Translations under genes and position numbers: made by a program
NCBI GenBank assembly: GCA_031400975.1
Contig: JANNQX010000196.1
Location: 3,376 to 67,375, forward strand
Direction: 5' to 3'
Source: Gemmatimonadota bacterium
GTDB lineage: Bacteria > Gemmatimonadota > Gemmatimonadetes > Gemmatimonadales > GWC2-71-9
Length of the DNA: 64,000 nt
Notes under the pieces: model-generated
What the model was told of the DNA's origin: nothing
What the model saw: only the letters and a program-made list of their open reading frames with translations
Databases searched by the model: none
In this document: in pieces, positions 29,835-39,266 of the stretch
Layout: each line of letters begins with the position of its first letter
How positions within the stretch are numbered: position 1 is the first letter of the stretch

Positions 29835-30396
29835 ACCGGTACGGCCGGCCCGCTTGGTCCAGCAGATCGAGGACTTTCCGCACCGGCAACCCCATCACCC
29901 CGAAAAAGTCGCCCTCGATCCGATCGACCAGCGCGGCGCCGAACCCCTGAATGCCGTAGGCCCCCGCCTTGTCCATCGGCTCACCCGTCGCCACGTAGGC
30001 CGCCAGCCACTCGCGAGACGCCGGCCGAAAGTAGACGGCGGTGACGTCGGCGGCTTGGTACTCGCGGCCGTGGGCGATCAGGCAGACCGAGGTGATTACC
30101 TCGTGCCGCTTCCCTTGGAGCCGTTCGAGCATCCGAACCGCGTCCTCTGGGTCGGTCGGCTTCTCGAGAATGACACCATCGATCACGACAATCGTATCGG
30201 CGCCCAAGACGAATTCCCCGGGGACCGCCCGGGCTTTGTCGCGGGCCAACCGGCGCGAGTACGCCGCCGGTTCCTCTCGGGGCAGCGGCACCTCCTGAAC
30301 GTCGCTCACCGACACGACGACCGAAATCCCGAGCATTTCGAGCAACTGCTTGCGACGGGGAGACTTCGAGGCCAGCACCAGCGGCGACTCAGCCAT
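29824..30396 (-). CDS. maf: Maf-family nucleoside triphosphate pyrophosphatase
   Basis: LVLASKSPRRKQLLEMLG, GADTIVV, KAGAYGIQG. Confidence 0.9.
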   Translation of the reverse strand: MAESPLVLASKSPRRKQLLEMLGISVVVSVSDVQEVPLPREEPAAYSRRLARDKARAVPGEFVLGADTIVVIDGVILEKPTDPEDAVRMLERLQGKRHEVITSVCLIAHGREYQAADVTAVYFRPASREWLAAYVATGEPMDKAGAYGIQGFGAALVDRIEGDFFGVMGLPVRKVLDLLDQAGRPYRFTG

Positions 30397-30835
30397 GGTG
30401 CCGTTCCAGCATCAAGGTGACCGGGCCTTCATTACGAATGTCGACCAGCATTTCGGCCCCGAACTGGCCGGTGGCGACCACCACCCCACGGGACCGGAGC
30501 TCGGTGCAGAATTGCTGGTAGAGCGGGATCGCATGTTCGGGCCGCGAGGCGTCGATGAACGACGGCCGGCGCCCCTTGGCCGCGTCGCCATACAACGTGA
30601 ATTGCGAGACCACCAGCAACCCTCCACCGACCTCGGCCAACCCCAGGTTCATCTTGCCCTCGAGATCGGGGAATAGACGCAGACCGATGACTTTGTCGGC
30701 CATCCAGACCACCTCGGCTGCGGTGTCGGTGTGAGTAAACCCGACCAAGAGACAGAAACCACGGCCGACGGCCCCAACCTGGTTCCCGTCGATGGTAACG
30801 GAGGCACTCGAAACCCGCTGCAGCAACACTCTCAT
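30389..30835 (-). CDS. dtd: D-aminoacyl-tRNA deacylase
   Basis: MRVLLQRVS..., SQFTLYGD, GAEMLVDIRNEGPVT. 8-nt overlap with the maf start. Confidence 0.93.
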   Translation of the reverse strand: MRVLLQRVSSASVTIDGNQVGAVGRGFCLLVGFTHTDTAAEVVWMADKVIGLRLFPDLEGKMNLGLAEVGGGLLVVSQFTLYGDAAKGRRPSFIDASRPEHAIPLYQQFCTELRSRGVVVATGQFGAEMLVDIRNEGPVTLMLERHHG

Positions 30836-30939
30836 CCGGCAGTTCGCTCCTCGCTCACGGTTGGTCTCGCGCCGGAATATGGACCCCTAGCATACCTGAC
30901 GGAAGAATCGCAGTTTACCTGCTTCGAGGAGAACTGACG

Positions 30940-31932
30940 ATGCATGGATGGTATTGCGAGTCACTGACTGGAGTCGAGGGCCTCCACTGGCGGGAAACAC
31001 CGACGCCGGAGCCCTCGGCCGGCGAGGTCTTGGTGGCGGTGCATGCCGCCAGTCTCAATTTTCCCGACTCGCTGATCATCGAGGGAAAGTACCAAGTCAA
31101 GCCGCCACTGCCGTTCACCCCGGGCTCTGAATTCTCCGGCCTGGTTGAAGCCGTCGGCCCGGGGGTCGGCAACGTCCGGCCCGGCGACCCGGTGGTGGTC
31201 GTCGGCAGCGTCGGCGGCTTTGCGACCCATGCGATCGTCCCGGCCGCCGGCCTCACGCCAAAGCCGGCGAACCTCTCGCTGCAGGATGCCGCCGCCTTGA
31301 TGCTGACCTATGGAACCGCGCATCACGCTTTGATTGACCGGGCCGCCCTCCGAGCCGGCGAATCGGTCCTGATCCTGGGCGCGGCGGGCGGGGTCGGCAC
31401 CGCCGCGATTCAAGTCGCCAAGGCCGCCGGGGCCCGGGTTATTGCCGGGGTGTCGACCGAGGCGAAGGCCGTGTTCTGCACGTCGTTAGGCGCCGATGCG
31501 ACGATTTGTTACGGCCGTGACAAACTCCGCGATCGGGTCAAGGCGCTGACCGACGGGCGGGGAGTCGACGTGGTCTTCGACCCGGTCGGTGGCGACCTCG
31601 CCGAGCCGGCGTTTCGATCGCTCGGCTGGCGGGGCCGGTTCCTCGTAGTGGGGTTTGCCCAAGGGACGATTCCCGCTTTGCCCCTCAACCTGGCCCTCCT
31701 CAAAGGCGCCGCGCTGGTCGGCGTGTTCTGGGGCGACTTCGTCCGGCGGGAACCCGAGCGTCATCAGGCGGCGGTTGCCGAGCTCGCTCAGTGGTACGCC
31801 GAAGGCAGAATCAAGCCGGCTCTCGATTCGATTCTGCCGATGGAACGGCTTCCCGACGCCTACGCCAGGATGGCCAGCCGCCGGGTGCTTGGCAAAATTC
31901 TCATGGTCAACCCGGCGGCCCTCCAACGATGA
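30940..31932 (+). CDS. NADPH:quinone oxidoreductase / zeta-crystallin-like MDR family
   Basis: Medium-chain dehydrogenase layout without zinc ligands. Rossmann motif ILGAAGGVGTAAIQVAKAAGARVIA. Confidence 0.85.
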   Translation: MHGWYCESLTGVEGLHWRETPTPEPSAGEVLVAVHAASLNFPDSLIIEGKYQVKPPLPFTPGSEFSGLVEAVGPGVGNVRPGDPVVVVGSVGGFATHAIVPAAGLTPKPANLSLQDAAALMLTYGTAHHALIDRAALRAGESVLILGAAGGVGTAAIQVAKAAGARVIAGVSTEAKAVFCTSLGADATICYGRDKLRDRVKALTDGRGVDVVFDPVGGDLAEPAFRSLGWRGRFLVVGFAQGTIPALPLNLALLKGAALVGVFWGDFVRREPERHQAAVAELAQWYAEGRIKPALDSILPMERLPDAYARMASRRVLGKILMVNPAALQR

Positions 31933-33052
31933 GCAGGCCAACGACACCGAACTCGCTCGTTTCGAGTCGGGTCCCCGCCGGCGCAGTCCAGCGACCACCA
32001 TCGCGCCGGAGATTCACCCGGTAGACACCCGGCCCCATCGGAAGCCGGATCTCCCAAATGCCGGGAGCGGACTGGACTAGCGACACGACCGCCCAGTCGG
32101 TGAAATCCGCCATCAGTTCGACCGACGCCGCGCCGGAGGCATGGACCCGCACAATCCGCTCCGCCGCGGTGCCATCGATCTCGATCCGCTCGCCGGCCCG
32201 ATCGGCCGGAATCAGCCGACGGAGCATGGCCGAGGCGCCTTCCAATCTTGCCGGTTCCGCGGGTCCGAACGCCCGGAGGCGGATGCCCGCTGAGAGGTAT
32301 CTCGCACCGAGATTTCGCCGAATCGGGTCGGCCAGCCGGCTGCCGCCGCCGACCGTAAGCGCGAGCCGCGAACTGAACGGAACCACGGCGGTCAGTTCAC
32401 CGTACCCTCCGCCCTGCTCGATCCCGACCCGGGCCCACGGACGGGCCCCAACCCGGGCCTCGACTTCAAGCCCGGGGCCGGCCCACCGAGCCGTGCCCAG
32501 GAGGTCCACAAACTGCTCGGCGCCGAACCCGGTGAACGTCGCCGCACCGAGGATCGTCAGGCGGCGCCTAACGTGCCAACCCGCCATCGTCAGCTCCACT
32601 GGAGCCACCGTCGACCGGGCCTCGAAGACGGCGCCCGTGGCCAGCCCAATCCACCCTCCGGCCTGCGGGCCGATCGCATGGAATCGCGCTCCACCGACCA
32701 GGTGACCGGAGGTCGGTTCCGCCGCATACTTCGCTGCCCCGACCGACCCAGCAACCTCGACCCGCCACCACCGGGCCGACCCCGCCAACCAGCCGACGGC
32801 GGCGGTAGCCTGACCGACCCCGCGTCCGCTCTCGAACACCGTCCAGCTTCCCTGCCCCGACAACGAAAGTCGGGGCGTGGTGAACTGGACCGAGGGTGCC
32901 AGCACCGCGGCCCCTGACCGGACGAAACCATCGTATTCAATGACAGATGCGCCGAGGGACAGGTTGCCAACCGCTTGCGCGGCCGCCGCGGGACCATTCA
33001 CTAGGAGAAGGAACAAAGCCACTGACCCAGCCCATCGAGCGTGACCCGTCAT
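31907..33052 (-). CDS. Secreted hypothetical protein with C-terminal CBM48/AMPK-beta-like (E-set) module
   Basis: Signal peptide (VALFLLLVNGPAAAAQA). Gly/Ala-rich beta-strand-like body. C-terminal VELMADFTDWAVVSLVQSAPGIWEIRLPMGPGVYRVNLRRDGGRWTAP resembles glycogen-binding-type modules. Confidence 0.6.
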   Translation of the reverse strand: MTGHARWAGSVALFLLLVNGPAAAAQAVGNLSLGASVIEYDGFVRSGAAVLAPSVQFTTPRLSLSGQGSWTVFESGRGVGQATAAVGWLAGSARWWRVEVAGSVGAAKYAAEPTSGHLVGGARFHAIGPQAGGWIGLATGAVFEARSTVAPVELTMAGWHVRRRLTILGAATFTGFGAEQFVDLLGTARWAGPGLEVEARVGARPWARVGIEQGGGYGELTAVVPFSSRLALTVGGGSRLADPIRRNLGARYLSAGIRLRAFGPAEPARLEGASAMLRRLIPADRAGERIEIDGTAAERIVRVHASGAASVELMADFTDWAVVSLVQSAPGIWEIRLPMGPGVYRVNLRRDGGRWTAPAGTRLETSEFGVVGLLIVGGPPG

Positions 33053-33130
33053 CCGAAAGCGGCCAACCGGCGGGCCAGCGACAGAACGATCATGCCCGGA
33101 TGATAACGCCGAAACCGCCCGGACGGCTGA

Positions 33131-33547
33131 TTACCTGATTGCGGCCACCTCGAACGGAGCGGAATACTCGGTCGTGCCGTTGATGGCCTCGACGGCAACC
33201 CGATAGGTGCCGGGCAGAAGCTCTCGGTGATCCACCGTCTTCAGGGTTGATCCCTCAGCAAGAAACACCCGATCCGGCGGGGCGCAGAGGCGAAGGTCCT
33301 CGTATCGAGCCCATCCGGCGTCGCCCTTTTGGTCGACCCCAATCGCCGAGCAGCGGACCCGAACGACGAGTTGCCCGGGGCCGAGGTTCCGGATCTCCGC
33401 GTCAATCGTCACGTTGGGATTTCCGAGCTTCGACTGGACGACCCGGACCGCGACGGTGAACGATGGATCCGAATCAAGCTGCACAACAAGACTGTTGGCG
33501 CACCCGGCCGCGGCCACCGCAAACCCGATCCAACCGATCCATCGCAT
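33131..33547 (-). CDS. Hypothetical lipoprotein (Ig-like beta-sandwich suspected)
   Basis: Lipobox AAAGC; 138 aa, beta-rich. Confidence 0.55.
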   Translation of the reverse strand: MRWIGWIGFAVAAAGCANSLVVQLDSDPSFTVAVRVVQSKLGNPNVTIDAEIRNLGPGQLVVRVRCSAIGVDQKGDAGWARYEDLRLCAPPDRVFLAEGSTLKTVDHRELLPGTYRVAVEAINGTTEYSAPFEVAAIR

Positions 33548-33558
33548 TGGTGACTCCT

Positions 33559-34251
33559 CTACGGTTTCCGTTTGTTGCTTCGCGGGCTGGATTGCCCCGT
33601 AGCGGCCGGGCTGTCCGCCATCGACCCGAGCGACTGCAACCGGACCCCCAGGGCCGCCGCAGGGGAGGCACCCAATGCGATGTCCTGCTGAACGGTACGC
33701 CGGAACGCCAGGTAGTCGGCATCGTCGGCTCCGCCGGCCAGCGCGAACACCGCCGCGATCGCGGTATCCGCCGGCACCCCGGCGGTCACCAGATCGGCCA
33801 ACACTGCCGCGGCGACGGTCAGCGGTTGACCTGCCCGGAGCTGTCGCAACTGGACCAGATCTTTCGCGGTGGCCCCCGCCCGCAGCGCGCTCGCGCCGGC
33901 CGCAATCTCGACGGCCGACGCCGTCAGCCCGAAGGCGGCCCGCGCCGACGCCAACTCCTGGCCTAGCCGAGCCACGGCGGTCACGATCAGCGCGGGTGGT
34001 GCCCCTTTGGCGGCTCCCTCAAGCGCTCGGTCGACCAACGGTTCGACCGGCAATCCGGCCGCGCGGGCGGCGGCCAGGATCGAATCGATCTGAACCCGGG
34101 CGCCGACCGGGATCCGGGTCGACAGTCGCGGCTCCTGCCCTTCCGCCGTGTTCGGGAGGGCCCCCATCAACAACAGTGCCGCCATCACGAGCAGCAGCGT
34201 AATGCAGAGGCCGGCGCCGAAGAACCCAACCCGCGGTGTCGTGTCCCTCAT
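33559..34251 (-). CDS. Hypothetical Ala-rich membrane-anchored protein
   Basis: One N-terminal TM helix, helical Ala-rich ectodomain, basic tail. Start overlaps the stop of the anti-sigma gene (4 nt). Confidence 0.5.
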   Translation of the reverse strand: MRDTTPRVGFFGAGLCITLLLVMAALLLMGALPNTAEGQEPRLSTRIPVGARVQIDSILAAARAAGLPVEPLVDRALEGAAKGAPPALIVTAVARLGQELASARAAFGLTASAVEIAAGASALRAGATAKDLVQLRQLRAGQPLTVAAAVLADLVTAGVPADTAIAAVFALAGGADDADYLAFRRTVQQDIALGASPAAALGVRLQSLGSMADSPAATGQSSPRSNKRKP

Positions 34252-34814
34252 GATCCTCCAATGGTCAAGACCGAATTCGGGCGGCCGAACTCATCTTCCG
34301 CCGCCGGCGCTTCAGGATCCGGCCGCCACACCGTGCCGTCAACGACATACGCAAAACGGTAGCGACCGGGCACCAGCGGCACCGTCACCCACCAGACCCC
34401 ATTCCCGTCCGACCGGGTCAACGGCGTTGCGGACAGGCTCCAGTCGTTGAAATCGCCCACGAGGGAGACCGCCTTCGCTTCCTTCGCGACCAGGACGAAT
34501 TGGGTGGGACCGGGTGTGCGCGCCACCGTCGCGCTTCGCTCCATCGACTCGACTCCGGCCCGCCGGCCGACTCGTTGACTGGCGAGCGCGATCGCCGCGA
34601 TGCCGGCGGCCGTCGCCAGCGCACCCAACGGGCCGAACCGTACGGTCCACCGCCGGCGCCACCAGTTACGTTCTGGGGTCGCGGTCTCATCCAACGCCGG
34701 CACCGGGGCTTGCCTCACCTCGGCCATGACCCGGGCCGTCAAATCAGGCCCGATGTCCACCGGCTGTTTGAGGACCGCGATCATCCGAGTCAGCGCGTCT
34801 TCTTGGTCAGTCAC
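34248..34814 (-). CDS. Putative anti-sigma factor: short cytoplasmic N-region, one TM helix, periplasmic CBM48/AMPK-beta-like module
   Basis: GTG 34814 overlaps the sigma-factor stop (GTGACTGA). TM segment GALATAAGIAAIALA. C-terminal VSLVGDFNDWSLSATPLTRSDGNGVWWVTVPLVPGRYRFAYVVDGTVWRPDP. Confidence 0.6.
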   Translation of the reverse strand: MTDQEDALTRMIAVLKQPVDIGPDLTARVMAEVRQAPVPALDETATPERNWWRRRWTVRFGPLGALATAAGIAAIALASQRVGRRAGVESMERSATVARTPGPTQFVLVAKEAKAVSLVGDFNDWSLSATPLTRSDGNGVWWVTVPLVPGRYRFAYVVDGTVWRPDPEAPAAEDEFGRPNSVLTIGGS

Positions 34815-35349
34815 GAACCGCCTCCGCCAATAGTTTGCGCAGCCCTTCACGGGCCCGCAGCACCCGCATCCGCAGCGCGGACGGACGGGCCCCCGTCATC
34901 ACTTCCATCTCGTCGTAACTCAGGTCCTCGACATGCTTGAGCAGAAACGCCTCCCGTTGTTCGGTGGGCAACTGTTCGAGCGCCCAACTGATCGCGTCCC
35001 GAATGGCATCGCGATCTTCTGAATGGGCCACCGACGCACCGGCCATCGCCGCGTCATTGGTGACGATCCTTGCTTGGGTCCGGGCCCGCCGCGCCGCATG
35101 GGTCCGGCACCGATTGACCAAGATCCCGAACACCCAGGCCCCGAACCGCTCCGGATCACACCGGGCCAGCGACCGATACGCCCTGACAAACGTTTCCTGC
35201 AGAACGTCCTCTGCATCCGCTCGTTCGCCAAGCATCCGGAGGGCGTAACGGCCCAGCCGGTCTCGGTACCGGTCGACCAACTGCGCATAAATCTCAGGCT
35301 CGCCCGCGAGCACCCGGCGGAGCAACAGCGCGTCATTTTCACCGGTCAC
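34807..35349 (-). CDS. ECF-type RNA polymerase sigma factor (sigma-70 regions 2 and 4)
   Basis: Region 2 (DAEDVLQETFVRAYRSL), region 4 HTH (LPTEQREAFLLKHVEDLSYDEMEVMTGARPSALRMRVLRA). Confidence 0.9.
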   Translation of the reverse strand: MTGENDALLLRRVLAGEPEIYAQLVDRYRDRLGRYALRMLGERADAEDVLQETFVRAYRSLARCDPERFGAWVFGILVNRCRTHAARRARTQARIVTNDAAMAGASVAHSEDRDAIRDAISWALEQLPTEQREAFLLKHVEDLSYDEMEVMTGARPSALRMRVLRAREGLRKLLAEAVRD

Positions 35350-35486
35350 GCCTTCAATACCCCAGGTTGGTGACCGGCGTCACCGGCGGCCGGCGAATCG
35401 CTCGGTATCATATCAGGGTGGCCGGCGGGTGACGGCCGGGTTGGTACCGGGGTATTCACGGCACATCCCCCGAGTTGAGGTTCCGA

Positions 35487-36995
35487 ATGCGGACAACGGC
35501 AACCCTCGTCACTGCGGTAGCCTTCATTGCCCAGGCCCTTCCAGCGACCGCCCAGATCATCACGATCCGAACGGTACCAATCTCTCAAACACATCAGTTC
35601 GACCTCTTGCCGTCGCTCCGAGCCGGGATGGGGGGCGTCTCAATCGCGGTTGACGACTCCCTCGACGACCCGTTCAGCAACCCGGCCAAGGGGGTCCGGC
35701 TCCACCAGGGCCGGTTCTTCGCCTCGCCCGGATTATACAGCGTCTCGAACCAGGCTGGCGCCGGCCGCAACTTGCCGCTGGGGGGGCTGTTACGGTCGGG
35801 TCCCTGGTTTGGGGGCGTCGCGCTCGCGCTGCAACAGCTTGATCTCAACCGAAGCTTCGGTGGCCCCGGCCCTATCAATCGATGTGAGACCTGCCTCACC
35901 TCGGAAACCGACCGGATCACCGCGACCCCCAATTCCGTCGGCAACACCTACCTGCACGCCGTCTTCGGTCGAGTCCTCGAGCGCGGATTCTCGATCGGGG
36001 GGAGCGTGTCCTGGGCCGGCCTGCATGGTGTCGATGGCGTCGACTTGTTGTATGCCGGGAGCGCGGGTGTCCAGCAGTCCGGTCATGCCCTCGACCTTCG
36101 GGTCGGGGCCCTGAAGGAGTGGGCTGGGAATCGCTCCGTCAGCGCCCTCCTCCTCAATAATCGGTTCGCGACCACCCACGACGTGGCCTATCTCGACCCA
36201 TTTTGGGACCCGGCGAACCAGCAGTTCGGCCAACGGGTCCGGACCGAACAGAACCTCGACCACACGGACACCTGGGGTCTCCACCTCGAGTACCGGCAGC
36301 CGCTCCCCGCCCCAGGATGGCGGCTCGGGTGGCTCGCAACCACCAACCTGATGTCCCACCCCAAGCTCCCCAATTACCAGATCCAGCAGGTGCAGGGCCT
36401 CCCCCGGGATCCCGGAAACTCGGAGGCCTTCAACCTGGGCGTTGGCGTCTCCAAGACCGCGGACGGGTCGACCTTCGGCCTCGACCTGATCTACGAACCG
36501 ATCTGGAGCCACACCTGGGCCGAGGCCGCCGAGGCCACCACGACCACCTCGGGCCTAACGATCCCCGCCGGTGGCAAGACCATCGAGAACCGCTTCCGGT
36601 TTTCCAATGCGATTCTCCGAATCGGCGTGGCTCAGGATCTTCTCCTGGATCGGTCGGACAAGATCGCCGGGTTCCAGCTTGGCCTGGCCGTCCACCGCAT
36701 CAACTACACTCTGGGGCAACGCGACCATGTTCAGGTCCGGTCCCGGAGCCTCGATCAGGACTGGATCGAGTGGACCCCGACCTGGGGCCTGAGCCTTCGA
36801 TTTTCCGGGTGGGAAGTCCGGTACCGCGGCAGTGCCACCCACGGGACCGGCCGTCCCGGCGTGCTCAGCGATGTCGTCTTGCCGCAGGCGGATAGCCCCA
36901 CCACCACCACCCTCGTCGCCCCGAACAGCCCGATCTCGATCGGCAACGTTAGGGTCATGACTCACCAAGTCTCCATTTCCTTTCCATTCCGGTGA
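35487..36995 (+). CDS. Putative outer-membrane beta-barrel / porin-like protein
   Basis: Trimmed to ATG 35487 (MRTTATLVTAVAFIAQALPATAQ signal). Alternating-strand composition. C-terminal VSISFPFR beta-signal-like end. Stop overlaps the start of the next gene (GTGA). Confidence 0.6.
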   Translation: MRTTATLVTAVAFIAQALPATAQIITIRTVPISQTHQFDLLPSLRAGMGGVSIAVDDSLDDPFSNPAKGVRLHQGRFFASPGLYSVSNQAGAGRNLPLGGLLRSGPWFGGVALALQQLDLNRSFGGPGPINRCETCLTSETDRITATPNSVGNTYLHAVFGRVLERGFSIGGSVSWAGLHGVDGVDLLYAGSAGVQQSGHALDLRVGALKEWAGNRSVSALLLNNRFATTHDVAYLDPFWDPANQQFGQRVRTEQNLDHTDTWGLHLEYRQPLPAPGWRLGWLATTNLMSHPKLPNYQIQQVQGLPRDPGNSEAFNLGVGVSKTADGSTFGLDLIYEPIWSHTWAEAAEATTTTSGLTIPAGGKTIENRFRFSNAILRIGVAQDLLLDRSDKIAGFQLGLAVHRINYTLGQRDHVQVRSRSLDQDWIEWTPTWGLSLRFSGWEVRYRGSATHGTGRPGVLSDVVLPQADSPTTTTLVAPNSPISIGNVRVMTHQVSISFPFR

Positions 36996-38347
36996 ACCCG
37001 ATGACGCCTCGCACCTGGACTCTCATAGCCGTGGCCGCGCTTGCCGGCTGCGACGGGGAGGTGACGCCACCCAACCCGCCCCCTCCGCAGTCGATCGATG
37101 CCGAGTTGCGGGCCAACATCGGTCCGTGGGGTGTGGTACCGATCGGGGCGATGCCGCAGCAAAACGCCGCCCAGGTTGAACTCGGCCGGGCCCTCTTTTT
37201 CGACAAGATCTTGAGCGGGAATCGCGACGTCGCTTGCGCGACATGCCACCAGGCCTCCGCGGCGCTCGGCGACGGCCGCTCCCATGCGATTGGAACCGGG
37301 GGCACCGGTACCGGACCGGGCCGAACGTTAGGCGCTGGTCGGACGGTCACTCCCCGAGGCGCCCCCTCGCTCCTCAATGCCGGATTGGGGCTGTTCACCA
37401 TGCTCTGGGACGCCCGACTATCAGGGCGAGAAGGAACCTTCACCGTTGATTCGGTGACCCTCCCGCCGGGCCTCCCGGACGCCCTCACGGCTCAGGCGAT
37501 GTTGCCGGTCCTCGATCGTCGCGAAATGCGGGGCGAGGTCGGCGACCGAGACGTCTTTGGGCAGGTAAACGAACTCGCCGGGTTCACCGATCGGCAGAGC
37601 ACCGAGATTTGGGACGGCGTCATGGCCCGGATCCTGGCGGTGTCCGAGTACGTCTCCAGGTTCAACGCCGCCTTCCCCGGGGTGGCCCGTCCCCGGTTTG
37701 AACATGCCGCCCGGGCCATAGCGGCCTTTGAGAGACAGACCTTTACCGCGACCCGTTCACCCTTTGACCGGTATCTCGATCGCGACGACCTTGCTCTCAC
37801 CCCGGAGCAGAAACGGGGTGGTTTGCTATTCTTCGGCAAAGCCCGCTGTTCCCAATGCCATAACGGCCCCTTCTTGGGAGCTCAGTTTTTTGTCAACGTC
37901 GGCGTCCCTCAGATTGGTCCCGGCGGACGCCGCCGGCCGCCACTCGACTTTGGACGAGGCGAGTTCGACCAAAACGACTTCTATCGCTTTGCTTTCCGAG
38001 TGGCGCCGCTCCGGAACGTCGAGCTCACCGCACCGTACTTCCACAGCGGAGCCTACCTGACCCTCGAGGCCGTGGTCAAACACTATAACAACGCCCCGGT
38101 CGCGCTCCGCGAGTACAGTCCATCATTGCTGGCCCCTGAGATCCGCCCCCTCTATCGCGGTGATCCGGCAACGATCGACGCGGTCCTTGCCACGTTGGAC
38201 GGCCGCCTCCAACAACCACTGCGACTGAGCCCCGCGGAAATCGCCGAGGTGGTCGCGTTTCTCAAGGCACTGACCGATCCCGCGGCCCGCAACCTCGCGG
38301 CCGCCGTACCCGATCGAGTGCCGAGCGGCCTCCCGGTTTCGAGGTGA
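36992..38347 (+). CDS. Di-heme cytochrome c peroxidase / MauG-family enzyme (lipoprotein)
   Basis: Lipobox LAGC. Two CxxCH heme motifs (CATCH, CSQCH). Conserved LTAPYFHSGAY segment of the CCP_MauG family. Confidence 0.9.
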   Translation: MNPMTPRTWTLIAVAALAGCDGEVTPPNPPPPQSIDAELRANIGPWGVVPIGAMPQQNAAQVELGRALFFDKILSGNRDVACATCHQASAALGDGRSHAIGTGGTGTGPGRTLGAGRTVTPRGAPSLLNAGLGLFTMLWDARLSGREGTFTVDSVTLPPGLPDALTAQAMLPVLDRREMRGEVGDRDVFGQVNELAGFTDRQSTEIWDGVMARILAVSEYVSRFNAAFPGVARPRFEHAARAIAAFERQTFTATRSPFDRYLDRDDLALTPEQKRGGLLFFGKARCSQCHNGPFLGAQFFVNVGVPQIGPGGRRRPPLDFGRGEFDQNDFYRFAFRVAPLRNVELTAPYFHSGAYLTLEAVVKHYNNAPVALREYSPSLLAPEIRPLYRGDPATIDAVLATLDGRLQQPLRLSPAEIAEVVAFLKALTDPAARNLAAAVPDRVPSGLPVSR

Positions 38348-38363
38348 CGACTCTGAGGGTCGC

Positions 38364-39266
38364 TCAGCAGCGAGCCGGCCGGGGCAACATCAGCGGCTGA
38401 CCCTCGGCCGGAAACGACCCTCGAACCATCAAGACGAAGTCGGGGGTCCCAGGCTCCAAAGCATCCCGCCCCCCCGTCAGATCATGTGGCTCCGGCGCAA
38501 ACCCGCCTCCGAGTCGGTCCGGCGACAAGTAGACCACCACCTCGTTGATCCGGCTGGAGAACGCCGCCACGATCGCCCCGAGCGGGGGGATCGATCGGCC
38601 AATCACGTCATAGAGGCGGAGGGTATCGCCTGCCTGTTGCGCAATGACTGCCACGTCAAGATCCGGGAGATACCGAATCGGGCTGTCGTACTCGTAGAAG
38701 GCCCAAGACCCCTTCTCGGCGCCGACCCCCAGGACATTGGACACCGGCGTCCGTTCCTCGAGAAGACGGTGCATCAAGCTAAGATCGGCCGGCCGCCGGA
38801 AGTCGAGCATCCGACTTTCCGTGCCGGGCGGGGCTATCGAGGACCGACACCGGAAGATCGACTCTGGAACCGGACGGAATCCAAACGGCTCAAAGTACTC
38901 TCGGTGCACGGTGGTGAGAATCAGGGTCTCGAACCGGCTCTCCGCTTCCACCAGCAGTGATTCCATCGCGGCGCGGAAGTGGCCTCGGCGCCGGAAAGCC
39001 GGCTCAACGGCAACCCCATGTACCCCGCCGCACCGAAGTGCGCTGCCCGCCACCCAAAGCGGCATCGGCATGAGCCCGACATGGCAGACGATCCGTCCCT
39101 GTTGTTCGACCACGAAGGGCGTGGACACGTCCTCCCACCGGGCGCCGAAGGCTTCGGCTCCCTTGCGCGACTGACCGACACCCGGGAAAATGGGCTCAAG
39201 GAGGGAAAAGACCCGATTACAGAGCGTCGGGTCGCTGTGGTAGGCGGTCGGGACGACCCGCGTCAC
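38364..39266 (-). CDS. GNAT-family N-acetyltransferase with extra C-terminal domain (Eis-like layout suspected)
   Basis: Trimmed to GTG 39266, which overlaps the upstream stop (GTGA). Acetyl-CoA motif VAVEPAFRRRGHFRAAMESLL. About 150 further residues of unknown fold. Confidence 0.75.
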   Translation of the reverse strand: MTRVVPTAYHSDPTLCNRVFSLLEPIFPGVGQSRKGAEAFGARWEDVSTPFVVEQQGRIVCHVGLMPMPLWVAGSALRCGGVHGVAVEPAFRRRGHFRAAMESLLVEAESRFETLILTTVHREYFEPFGFRPVPESIFRCRSSIAPPGTESRMLDFRRPADLSLMHRLLEERTPVSNVLGVGAEKGSWAFYEYDSPIRYLPDLDVAVIAQQAGDTLRLYDVIGRSIPPLGAIVAAFSSRINEVVVYLSPDRLGGGFAPEPHDLTGGRDALEPGTPDFVLMVRGSFPAEGQPLMLPRPARC

